Shown here piece by piece: positions 45,909 through 57,791 of a stretch of 64,000 nucleotides of DNA. The translations under genes were made by a program, and so were the position numbers. Source of the DNA: Rhodosorus marinus CCMP1338 (Eukaryota > Plantae > Rhodophyta); the NCBI GenBank assembly GCA_029953675.1, contig JAMWBK010000003.1, positions 1,798,001 to 1,862,000 on the forward strand, given 5' to 3'. How positions within the stretch are numbered: the first letter of the stretch is position 1; the number at the start of each line of letters is the position of its first letter. A model generated the notes under the pieces. It saw nothing but the letters and a program-made list of their open reading frames with translations, searched no databases and was not told where the DNA came from.

Positions 45909-48062
45909 AAACAAACTGAAAACTGCTCCCCTTAAACCACCACCAAACCCAACCCCCAAGCACCCTAAAACTCTCCCCCCGCCTCGAAACCTCTCAGACG
46001 CCGTTCCCAACTAAAGAACACAATCCACTGCCCAGCAAATCCACCATTACAGTCCTTCACACCAACCCCTTCCTTCAAAAACTCTTCTCCTTCCCTCCGC
46101 TCTCGAAAACACAACCTTCACTTCCCCGTACACCTCCCAACCTACCCTTCACCTCCCCCTTCCCCTAACCAACCCCACCGCCACCTCTATCAAGTAGTTA
46201 CTCAAAAGCGAGCTTATTAATCTAAAATCCATCCCTGCTTTCTGTTCATCTCCGTCCTCAAAAACTAATCACTCTGATAAGACTTTTAGGGCATCTCAGC
46301 TCGTTTCTTAGTCCAGAAGAGACGGAAGCGAAAGCGCGTTTTTCCCACTCTCAGGCGGCGCCTCTTTCACCCCTTTTTTTTCCATTTGGAAGGAATATTT
46401 TAAATGTATTTAATAAGAATTTTACCAACAAAAAGGACATAGATCCAGACGGGCCTCTAAGACAGCCTAATAAAGGACGCGTGTTAAATATTAAATGGAT
46501 AATATCTGAAAAATCCCTGAGATATTCCTTCGAAGGGACGCATGGGTTGTCATTTCTACGCCCCTCATTTAGGGATCGGATATTCACCAATGGAAACCTG
46601 TTATTCTTTGTCTAAGGACACGTGGTATGTATTTATGGGATGACCTAAGTGCACCTTTCTAGACATGGGATTGGATGGAAAGAGATTGAAAACAGGGAAG
46701 AAAACAAAAAAAAGAAGTTTGGGCGAAAAAATTGTCGGATTTCGAAGAAAAGTTAAAAATAGGGAGGTCCTGCTCGGAAACTCAATTAGTGTTAATATGA
46801 TAAAGTGAAGCGGTTTTTAGTGTTAAAATATTTACTTAGATTGATAAATGGAGAGTTTTTACTAGTGTACTTATAGGAACGATCGATAAACGTTTTGTTT
46901 TTTTTTTGTGTACGCGGAAGAGGCGTTTTGAGATTTTAAACGAAAAACGATATACACCACACAAATGGAATGGAATGGTGATTGGAATCGTTGGCTGGAA
47001 TAAGAACTGTTCTTAAACTTTGAGGCGGAGTGGTGCTCATGACGAGTCCTTAATAGTGTGTTGTTCGGTTTAACTGCTTTGAGAAGTTGAGACGTTTGCA
47101 GCTGGTGACGAAGACGTTCATAATCCTTTGCTCGCTTCTCAGCCCGTCTGTTCCGCTCACTCGGTTTCTCAAGAAATGGTTAACGCGATGGGATTTTTGT
47201 GTAGACGAGTCGCGATGGAGACGTTGGTCAGCTTGTGTTTCGCATGGTTAACCACTCGAACGGATTCTCAGGCGCAGTTTGAAGTGCCTCGATGGATTGC
47301 ATAAAACAACACAAAGTAGAGACTAAAGCGGTAAGACAGAATTGTACCGATCGTTTCTAACATGCACGATGCAAGAGCAGGTTTGGTTGGACAAGACTCT
47401 TTAAGACGTACTAGATGGAGCCGCCGGCGATTCAAAGTACAGTTGTGGATATGGGATTCATCTAGGGGATCCTGCACCACTTTATTAAAACCGATTGCTA
47501 GAGTCCGAAGCAAATCATCTAGGTCAGTGGCGAGGGCCTTGTCGCCCCGGCCTTCTCCCTCCGCTCACCCATTGGAGTTGATAAAATCCAACCCACCCAG
47601 CTGCGAAAAGTGTTAACACGCCTACCGAGTTCACGCGAGCTGTTTCTACGTGGACATCCTTATGCTTGTGTTCATAAAAACATAAGCCACTCACTACTGC
47701 GGAGCTATTCTCATGATCTCTATCGTCGCAGCTCAAAGCTTCGCCGACCCTGAGCTCCCCCATACGCTCAGCCCTCTGGCCACCCTGTCTAGCGTTAAAG
47801 CATATCAAAATATAGCAAACCTTGTTTCTACGGAAATCCCTACGTAAGACGCGTCAGCAAGCGCTATGCAAAATTTTTGCCCTTTAAAGCAGAATAATTT
47901 CATGAAAAAAGAGAACGGCTATGAAAGGCCAGGGGCTACTTAACAAGATACTCTGAGATATTTATATATGCGAAGGGGGAAAAGGTGCGCTTGGGGAGGT
48001 CGGGCAACGAGTAAAGAGGAGGAAAGATGAATTTTAATATGCATGGTAGAACGCTTTGAAGT

Positions 48063-48542
48063 ATGGAGTTGGAAGAGCCGACGAGCATGGATGGAACACA
48101 GGGAGTATTTCCTGCGATCTCAGAAGTGACTAACCGCAGCGACGAGGATCATGGGGGTAGGAGCCGCTTCAAATTTAGGAGCGGACGGGAGGAGGCGCTT
48201 GATGAGGTTGAGTTGGAAAGAAAGAGGCTCGAAATAGAACTGAGCGGGGACATTGCCGGGACTACTTCTGCAAAGTCAAAGAAGATGAGCGCCTCGGAAC
48301 ACTCCCTGATGCTGTTCAAGAGGAAGCTGAGGAACCGTCAGTCTGCGTCAAAGTCTCGGAGAAAGCATCAGGCGATGATGAGGAGTGTACAACAGGATGT
48401 TGACCAGCTTTCTACGCAGTACGAGTCCGTACTCCGGAAATGTGAAGAGTTCAAGGCCCTGAACGCCCAGCTCAATGTCGAAAACATGACCCTCCACAAC
48501 GAAGGAGTTCTTTTGCGAACTCAACTGGCTCAGATGATGTGA
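48063..48542 (+). CDS. Small bZIP transcription factor (159 aa)
   Basis: Basic region KRKLRNRQSASKSRRKHQ followed by the heptad zipper V..L......L......L...N..L..EN..L. Confidence 0.9.
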   Translation: MELEEPTSMDGTQGVFPAISEVTNRSDEDHGGRSRFKFRSGREEALDEVELERKRLEIELSGDIAGTTSAKSKKMSASEHSLMLFKRKLRNRQSASKSRRKHQAMMRSVQQDVDQLSTQYESVLRKCEEFKALNAQLNVENMTLHNEGVLLRTQLAQMM

Positions 48543-49932
48543 TGTCAGCAGAACTGACGAGCAATGCTAAACGTCTAACGACCTGATGAACAATATACTA
48601 CGCATGCACATACACCCTAGAACATCTGCGTTATCTTTACCGGTTGAAAACTCGGTCTGAAAAGAAAGAAAAGAACCAACGCAGCCAGGCAGTACATAGC
48701 TACCTTGTTGAATAAAAACTCTAAAGACCTTTGAGCACATTTCCTGGTACCCTTAATGACTCTGTAACTGAAACGTGTGTGGTAACCATCCTCCTCCTCT
48801 GAAAACTTTCCACAGGAGCCACTATGGCTTCATTTCCAGGATACTTCATATCTTGTTCGCCACTTCTCGAGACATCAATTGGTTAGAAGTCGGGCAATCA
48901 AATTCAACCAAAAAATATTCGCATTTAATGATTTCAGAGAGCTGTTTCCAAACACCTTTTTAGGAGTCGGTTTCATTCAACCAATGGCATGCACCTATAC
49001 AAAAACTTTCTGCCAATGACCATGCACTCTGCTAACGGCTAAGAACGGCGGATCAAAAATTTCCGACACATCACACCCCGCTTTCCTGACGTGGATCCAG
49101 CTGACCAGCATGGAAGCGTTCAGTCTGCAGAACTCATCCTGAAGTCAACACGAGCCGCTCAAGGGCCTGCAGGATTGCGAGAATTAGGGCATATAGGAAT
49201 CTCTGTGTTTCGATTTCCGAGGGAAGAGCATGCTTTTGAGCTACGGGGACTAGTTGTGGGCACCCCCCGCAACCTCCACCAGTTCGAATGGTCCTAGTCA
49301 TACAGTAGGCATCGTCTGCACCTCTTTGACGTGGTTGGTGCATCCTAAATTCTTCTACAATCCCCTATGTGGCATCACCCCCGCGAATACTGAACATACT
49401 GAACGGGGATTGCCTTGAGCATCAAATAGCGTTCATAATTCAACCAAGTAGGTGGTGGTCTTGCTGGGTACCCGCGCCCAAGTCGAGCTTTTTAAGTAAC
49501 TCTGCACCGTACTAGGCTCTAGACGGTTGCCTTGAATAAATCAGCACCAAAACGGCTCTCCATCAAGAATGCCGTAACCGCGCATTTTATGTCCCAGGTC
49601 TAGGGAGAGAGGGAGAGCGAGAGTTCACACTTCTAGCTGGGTTGCTAACAAAGGAGGTTGTGAGCGCGCTGCACATCACAGCCGATTTCGATGAGGGTAT
49701 GCGGCCCATTCAGCCCCCTCTCTTGTTCGGACCCATTCATGCTGGGATATTTCGTTCCTGTCAAGTACCTTTGCCTAGAGTTGGTGGTAAACGAAAAATA
49801 CGGAAGCACAAGGGGGACACGCCACTGGAGCTACCGCAACCCTACACCGGCGAGTTGGCCACTTTAGCAAGAGACGCTGAACGAGTTAGTAGTTACAAGT
49901 CATTAATGAACCAGCGATTTTCTTTTTGCCTT

Positions 49933-52095
49933 TGTTGAAAGGTCAAGGGTATGCGACCTTCACCACAGGGGTAGAAACCTTACCGTAGTAGTAGAAGATA
50001 ACAACGAACGTTGGAGTACTTATTGAATGCATTTGTTGTATGGGGTCCGGGTACGGATAAAGGAAGGCACTTATGTTTGGGGAAGGTTACGAGCAAAGGC
50101 CATTTTCTATATGGTCTCATCGCTTAGGGCGATCATTAATACGTTTGAGTGCAGGAGAGCAGAGGGGGGATGGAAACAAGGAGTTAGCCTGAAAGGGATC
50201 AGCGAACCACGGACCTGAAGTTACCCCCAGTATTCACAGGCGATGAAGAATCCAGGAATGCGTTCGGGCATTGGAAATACCAGCTACAGACGTTTCTCGG
50301 ACTCAAGGGAGTCGAGAATGTACTGCTGGACAACAGAGCAGTGGACGCGAGGATTCAGCGGCCTTGACGATGTCTCTGTTGATCGTTGCTCCTTTCCGGG
50401 ATCAACCCCTCTCCTTTGATAGCGTAGTAGGTAGGGTAATTACATTCTACTTGAGGGGTAGCCGCTAAGTAAAGGCAAAACGTCGCCCGGGTTCCAGGCC
50501 GGGTCGAACAACAGTATAACTAGGCTTACCATGGTATTTGGATAGGTTGGAGTAAAGAAAGGGGTAACTCTGCACGAGGAGATCCGTTTGTTGACATGGT
50601 GTCATCGCATAGGTTGCGAATTCGAGTTGTTAGGGGATCTTTTCGGTGGGATTCACAGTGGTGGGAACTAGAGGTTCCACGGGGGAGGACGTTGAACCTG
50701 GGGAAAGGTCGACAGCGTACATGAGAACTGTCCATCCGGCCCCGATTTTTAGGTTCGTCGTCTCAAGTGTGGCATGCTCCTCTGGCAAACTCTTCAGATC
50801 AAATCCTATGTCGAAGGGGTGAGTACTCTGTACGTTTCGTTGGATACGAGTGGACTAAAGAAAGGGGTAACTCTGCCCGCATAAAGGATCCATTTGTTAA
50901 CAGTCTTGGACGTATCCAGCCTGCCCGAGGTGGATTTCTCGGTTCCTCCGATCTCGCCTTATTTGGACGCCCAGGAATACGTCCACAACACCCAGCATTT
51001 TCACTTTGTACAGCGATTACATAATTTGCTTCGTTTTCTTGTACATCTTTCATATTTCCGATAATCAGCATGTCATCCAAATGCGTTCGATGCCTTGCGA
51101 ACCGACAATGGCGTTTTCAAGCAGGGAACACTTATCCTCGCAATCTACGTGGATGACCTGCTGATCATCGGAAATACGAAACACGTACAAGAAGCGAAGA
51201 AATTACTACAATCGCTGTACAAAAGCGAAAATGATTGGTGCTGTGGGTGAATCACTGGGTGTCTAAATAAGGCGAGATCGGAGGAACCGAGAAATCCACC
51301 TCGGGCGCAGGCTGTATACGTCCAAGACATCGTCAGGACGTATGGGATGCTGGGATGCGAACCAATACCCATACCAAAAAAATAACGACGACATCAAAAT
51401 CCGTCCAGGGGGAACCGTCGAGATGACGCAAGAGCCAAGAAAATTGTCAGGTATCTCCGGGGCTCGAAGGATCTGGTGATCTGGTTATACGCTGGGTGGA
51501 GCGAATACGAGGGGGTGGAAAGCACCAGGTGATAGGGTACTCCGACTCAACTTGGGCTGACGACAAGGCTGATCGAAGGTGCCCTAGTGGCATGCTAGTC
51601 ACCCTGAACAGATCAACCGTGCTATACAGAGGTAACGCTCGATCGCAGCAATCAACCACAGAAGCAGAATATCAAGCACTCGGCGAGATGCTTTGATTGC
51701 ACCGATGGTTTCAAGAATTTTTAGAGGAGCTGGGATACGAAGTCGAGAGGCCAATGACAGCTTGTTCTGATAATAATCCTAGTAGCAGGTGGTCGGTAGG
51801 TATCATTGAGATGCCTTCCCACGGAGATATAATCAAAGCCTCTCACCAAAAGTACGTTCGTCATGTTGCGGAACGGACTCGGTATGGACAGTAGCTCCCC
51901 CAAGTAGCAAAAGAGCGGGCGGGAGTGTTGAACGGTCAAGGGTATGCGGCCCTAGTAGAAACCTTACTGTAGTAGTAGAAGATAACTACGAACGCTGGAG
52001 TACTTATTGAATGCATTCGTTGCACGGGGTCAGGGTACGAATAAAGGAAGGCACTGACGTTTGGGAAAGGTTACAACAAAGGTCCATTTTCTATA
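49933..52095 (+). mobile_element. Internally deleted Ty1/copia LTR retrotransposon (about 2.2 kb) with both LTRs
   Basis: LTRs at 49933-50111 and 51926-52095 start TGTTGAA and end TTCTATA, about 90% identical by eye. Flanks GCCTT/GCGTT form a 4-of-5 TSD. PBS-like TGGTCTCATCGC at 50112 (compare iMet TGGTATCAGAGC). PPT AAAAGAGCGGGCGGGAG immediately precedes the 3' LTR. RT ILAIYVDDLLIIG and RNase H IGYSDSTWADDKADRR..SG...STTEAEYQA are present; no gag, protease or integrase was seen. Confidence 0.92.
50903..51328. repeat. Inverted repeat of the copia RT YVDD segment (50903-51079 / 51152-51328)
   Basis: TGGATGAC.TGCTGAT.ATCGGAAATA.GAAA...AAATAAGGCGAGATCGGAGGAACCGAGAAATCCACCTCGGGC...ATACGTCCAAGAC is present in both orientations with an about 70-nt spacer. 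Confidence 0.92.
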
Positions 52096-53995
52096 GCGTT
52101 CTCCCGGCGTTCTCTCCGCGTGCTGGAGGCTCGCCGTCAGTGAAAGATAATAGGAGCTTAAAACCTCGTCGCGCAATTTCACTGCAACTCGATAGATCGT
52201 AAATCTACATGGAAAGCGATGATTTCCTAAATATATACATTATTTGAAATATATGAAACGAAAGCCTCATAATATATATACTATGTCTCTAAATTAAGAG
52301 CAAAAGTTCTAAAATGATTTGATGGGACATGGTGTAGTCCAGGAAGTACAACAGGCAAATAGAATTTCAGCATTCATTGATTAAGCCAATAGTGTTGTTG
52401 AGTTTGTGCAGTTATCCAATGGGAATACAGCAGTTGACGCCAGTCTTATTTCCAGGAATCAGCACTGGGCTTTGTTTATCGATCAGAACGCGGAATGATC
52501 GGAGGGCGTGGGAATCAAGGGCTTATATAGCCTTTTAAGCGCTAGAAGTAAGTTTGAGGCAGACCACCTATATCCTTGGTCCTTCTTGCTCCATTACTAC
52601 TCTGAGCTTCACCCGTGCTAGTCGATGGGAATCCACTACTTGCATAGGCGCTCGAAATTCACCAGCGAACTCGAGGGAAAAAGTCAAGACTAACCTTCAC
52701 ATGCAAAACAACTTGGATCTACAATCCCAATACTGACTAATACTCAATCTCCCACAACCACGACTGATAGATCGATAATAGGTAATGCTACGCCAAAGCC
52801 GAAAAGCTCGACGCTTCTTCAAAGAGTCTAAGTCGAACTTGGTTGTCCCTGATGATGCGCTCTGGTGTATGTCCATTCTGAGCATCATCCGACTTCTTTC
52901 AATCGTACTACATCCAACAAAAGGGTTGAAGAAACCAACTTATCGCGTGAATCCCTTCACTCGCAGGGAGCCGCTCCCTTGGAATAGAATTTTTGGGCTG
53001 CAGCATAGTAGCTTACCCACCCACTGTCGATGTGAATGGTTGGGAACACATAGAATTGGAAGGACCATCGACTTGCCAGATCGATTTCTGCTCGCAGGGA
53101 GCCATTGTCTTGGCAAATTCGGCACAGAAATCATAAGTCCAAAATTCAGCGTTGGAAATGGTTCGTTGTCATGATCGTGTCGAGCGCTCCGTAGCTTGTT
53201 TGGAAACAGCTCGAGGTTGTGTAGCCAGCAGACCGATGAACGATTTATATGATGAAACCCTAGAAAGTGACGATTAAGTCTCGGATCCGAAAGGGCATGT
53301 TGGGTTAGAGCTGCCTAGTCTTGGCACTGTTCTTTGCCATATCCCACGGTGAACGCTCATCGAGAGAGGAAAGTCGGTTACCGTGATCGCAACTGGTTTA
53401 GAAGCCTGTCCCTGACTAACGGCCCTGGAACAAGAAGTTTCCTTCTTCGCATGCACTGTTGACTTGGAGATACTACATCCTGTCCGCAGTATTGAATTTC
53501 GACTGCACAATGAACTCCGTGTCGCAAAATTTTCCCCCAAAATTAGCCACTTGGACCTTTCTCCGGGACGGATTCAATAATATCACTGGTGAAGCGTTCA
53601 CGTAGAATACGAGGGTTCACGTAGAATACGTAGCCCTTAGGACTTCTTGGAAGCACACTTTTGCTGGGCCCCACAACGAGAAGCTCTGTACGAAGTGACC
53701 TTGTTGAGATTCATTTGCGATGGATACCTCCCGCGTGCCGGGCAATATTGCATGGTCGGAAGAGCTGTGTTGTGCCAAATTTGCTCATTCAACCAAGATC
53801 CATTCCTACGAAGGAATACATGTCTGCACGTGATGACATGTAGCCTCAGCGCAGAATGGCACCGTTCTCCAATTATGCTTTGCGAAAAGGGTTACCACTC
53901 TGACTGTTCTTTATTTATTTTGAAGTCAACGGAAGGAAGGTGAGCACCCAACGATCAAATAATTTCTTGGTGTTCGTAGCCGCTCTGGCGTTTCC

Positions 53996-54484
53996 TTAGC
54001 ATAGCCCATCTTGCTTTTCTCGAGCATCCCTAGCGCTACGTTCGTTGACGTCCGATGCAAAGGACTGCTCTGACGCCGGTACATGTTCAAAAGTCCCTTT
54101 GCTCTCGTAGTCCGCAAAACATCCATGCGTCTCGACGCTGGTAGTTGGAGAGCACTGGATCTCGGGGATAGCATCGATGTCATCCAGAAAAAAATCGTTA
54201 GTGTTTTCCCGTCCGTTATGCGGCTCAAGAGGGAGCAGAAAATCAAAAGCTGCCGCTTCCATGAAACGGTGAACATGGGCGCATTCTAGAGTCTTCTTGA
54301 GGTGAATGGTAAGCTGCGTCCTCCACTTAAAAGAAGCATCGCATCCAATGCAACGATACGGCTCAATTCCAGAGTGCACCCCTCTCATATGGTTCTTCAC
54401 ATTCCACTTCCGAACAAAACATCTCGTGCACAAAGGGCAACGGTAACTCTTCTCTTTGCGAGTATTTTTCATGGCTCTTCCCAT
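53996..54484 (-). CDS. C2H2 zinc-finger protein (two fingers)
   Basis: YRCPLCTRCFVRKWNVKNHMRGVHSGIEPYRCIGCDASFKWRTQLTIHLK. Confidence 0.88.
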   Translation of the reverse strand: MGRAMKNTRKEKSYRCPLCTRCFVRKWNVKNHMRGVHSGIEPYRCIGCDASFKWRTQLTIHLKKTLECAHVHRFMEAAAFDFLLPLEPHNGRENTNDFFLDDIDAIPEIQCSPTTSVETHGCFADYESKGTFEHVPASEQSFASDVNERSARDAREKQDGLC

Positions 54485-57164
54485 GACAATTGATATTTTC
54501 CACTCTTCAAACTCGTCTGCTGAGCCAACCCCCTCAGCCGGATTTGTTTGATCGTTATGTATCCAACGAAGGAGCTATCTCAAGCAAGATTCAGGGATAA
54601 GCACTTACCCACTGAAAACAACGCACCAGTTCTGCACAGCGGTACCGGTGAGGCACGTCCAACGCGAAGGCTCCTCCCAATATCTTCAGCAGGTCTGTTG
54701 AAACAACAGACCTCCTGAAGAATTCAACTCCTGGCACAAAAAGTTCATTCAGATGTGGATTAAAGATTAACCTGGTTTTCGAGACTGATCCACTCGACTG
54801 TCTGTCGATAAGTGCCTACCAAACTTCATCTTCCCCCCTGCCCCGCAACCCCGCAACAGTCACATATTCCTCCACATACTCTCCTTGAAAGTTGCTCGTC
54901 CCCAGCCAGCTCCATGCCAAGTGTCCGGTCCGGAAGCGGACAACTATCGATCCATCTAAAATTCAAAACAAAACAAAGTCTATTTAAGGTCTTATGGGAA
55001 AAGCGGAACAGTTTTCATCTAATCGTAAAAACTTTGAAGAGGATACCAGTAGGAACGAGAAACATAAATAGCACAAATGTTTTTTGTTCCGACTAAGATG
55101 TTTTTAAAAAATATTTCGTTTATGAAATTGTTTCTCCAATTGAAAATCGTAGATGATACAGATTAAAAATAGTATCCAATGAAACTGCTTTCTTTGTTGA
55201 CTTCGGCAGTTGACTTAGGCAGTTTAGGCTGATCGACGACTGGACATCACGTTCCACTCAAGAAATATTGAATATATTGAGACTCAAACCCACGCCCTTT
55301 TGTTGCACTCTCTTTGAGAGCCCTCACTCATTCATTGGAGAGCCACTATGAGCGTGTGTCTTGGCTGACGTGCTTGAAAAGCAATTTCTTGTTTATCAGG
55401 AAGGCCATGTGTTCGTTGGTGAAACTGCTGTCGAAAAAGAGACTGGCAAGGACGCCTTCTCAACTGATTCCGTTTCGGTTGAAGTATATTGCTGTGTGTT
55501 ATGCGCATATCTGGTCCGGGATGACTGATAGAGAAGGGTTGTGTTGTACGGAAATAAAAAACAAAAAGGCAACTAATTCTTCAATCGGAGGCAAGGACGA
55601 GGAACCAGGGTTGAACGCCGGCATGCTGGTAAAGAACTTTTTCCTGCATTGGCTACTATTAGAAACCGGGGGATTCGATCCTGAGATACTGGTGTTCCGT
55701 TTTCGGTTTCAACCCTGTCAGAGTCGTGTATAGTCAAAAATTTTCAAGCGCCTTCTCCGGGCTTTGGTGTTGATGCTGCGATGCTGGTGCAAAAGTCAAG
55801 TGCTATTTTCAGGTCTGGAAAGTTTATTCTCCTGCTACATACCAAGTGCCACGTTCAGGCTTGAACAACTCGTACCCGCCTTCTTACTTTGATACCACAA
55901 TTCAAACGTCTAGGATAAAAATGGAAGTATTCCATTATGCAGATATTCATAGACCGTCATCCCAGCTTCGTCAACTTCAGCTGTTATTTCCCTTGCACGC
56001 GCAGTTTCGTACCAAGAAGGCGTCGAAAATGCTAAATGCAAGAATCTGCGATATTAATGGTGTCCATCCGGCGTTAATAGGCGGCAATAACGTGCTGTCC
56101 ACACATCAAAAAAAAGGGACGCAATCCATCGGGCCGATCGTCTTTGTTCTCATCATCTAGTCGTGCTGGGACTCGAGGGCAAATCTCAATTGTTACCGAA
56201 ACATGACAAAACGTGACGTAGTCATCATAAAACCATTCCGATGAAGTACCTATGCATCTAGAGGAGTACTTGCGCTCGTTTTAGGAATGTGGGGTGCGCC
56301 CTATGCAGCGCGACTGAGCCAGTTCCGGGTGGAGGTGAGGGCATTGACCGTCCCATAGCGGCCATAAATCACCTGCGACTATGGGAGCGCGCTAAATGCT
56401 CTGGCCAAGCGCTGCATGTTCTCGTGCCTATAGTACGTTTTCTGCCCTGTGCTGTCAATACTTGAGAAGAATACGAATATCCCATTTGAAAAGATCTTAC
56501 ACTGTTCAAGGAAGGGACCGTGCGTTCGCATGTAGCAGCAAAACTGCTTGGTTGCAACAACCAAGATCGAACCTTTGTATTCTTACCAACAGGAAACAAC
56601 TCGTCATGGTACTGTATAGGGGTCTGAATCTGACAGAAGTATACCAACGTAAAGAAAAGCTGCGATAGTCAAGAGCGAGGGGGTCGCACTCCCGCCACGG
56701 TACCATATAAAAAATATTGAAAATATTAAAAAGCACAAGACATATTTATAAAATAGGAAGAGTCATAAGGAGAAAGCAGTATTAAAAAATTCTCAGTGGG
56801 TACCAACACTCTTTCCCTGATCTGGAATGAATGATCTGAGGTAAGCCAAGACAAGATACTAGTTTGCGGGTACAGCGCTGAGGAGCCTCTTTACTCGATC
56901 GTCGAGAGATGGTTGAAACGCGGTTTGCAACTGAAAACCTTGGAAATAGTTGGTTTTTCGGCACAAGGGGACGCATCGGGTTGGTGAAGCCACTTCTCCA
57001 GAAAGTCGTGCTTACAAGTACATCCAAGCGCGACTAGTGCGTGGCACGTTATCAAAACGCAGCCGCCGCACGGGGGAAGGGCCTTTGAATGAAACTGAGA
57101 GTTGCGACGTATTAGAAGACAGACATAAATATTTTTCTGCATTAGAAACAACGATGATCAATGT

Positions 57165-57791
57165 CTAGAAACGACTATATTGAAGCTCGCCGAAAAGGTC
57201 ATCTACACGCGCTTCATGGCCGGCCCAAAATGCCGGGTCGTCGAAGGGCTCAAAGTTTGAGTGTGTGTTACCCAACTGTTCGCAGCCCGGGAATAAGAGC
57301 TCGTCGTTCCCACACCTTCTCTTGTGCCTGTTGAAACCGTCCATCCACATAAACGTCTGCCAGCAGAATTCGCACTGAAAGGGTGTTTCCCCAGTGTGTA
57401 GACGCTTGTGCACACGTAGGTTGTACGGCCGTGAAAAGCTTTTCCCGCACTCCTCACAGAGGTATATAGTTTTGCCTCTTCGCAGCTGCGGCCGAGTGCG
57501 ATCCACTACCTGCCCGATTCCCATCTCCATATCGTGTGGCTGAGCTCGAAGCTTCACCGTGGATCTCTCCATCCTCTCAGAACGGTCCGGAGCTTTAACG
57601 GTGTGGGTATACCTCTGTGGAATTATAGAACCCTTCCTCCCTCCTAACGTGGAATCCCGAAGATCATTCCCCTCACCAATGCTCATTGAGAAAACCTGAT
57701 CGTCGACTTCTTCGGCACAGTACTCAAAGTCTCCCAACAAAGCTCGTCTTTTCAACACAACACCTGAACCAACCTTGATTCTTCCTCCCAT
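57165..57791 (-). CDS. C2H2 zinc-finger protein (two fingers, HTGETPF linker)
   Basis: [51 protein letters not shown]. Confidence 0.92.
   Translation of the reverse strand: MGGRIKVGSGVVLKRRALLGDFEYCAEEVDDQVFSMSIGEGNDLRDSTLGGRKGSIIPQRYTHTVKAPDRSERMERSTVKLRAQPHDMEMGIGQVVDRTRPQLRRGKTIYLCEECGKSFSRPYNLRVHKRLHTGETPFQCEFCWQTFMWMDGFNRHKRRCGNDELLFPGCEQLGNTHSNFEPFDDPAFWAGHEARVDDLFGELQYSRF

Noticed and set aside
53596-53630. 19-bp-period duplication GTTCACGTAGAATACG
   Set aside because: A single short slippage duplication with no gene start nearby.
52785-53943. Several 60-130 aa ORFs between the copia element and the first zinc finger
   Set aside because: No motifs, no promoter signature and no splice model linking them.
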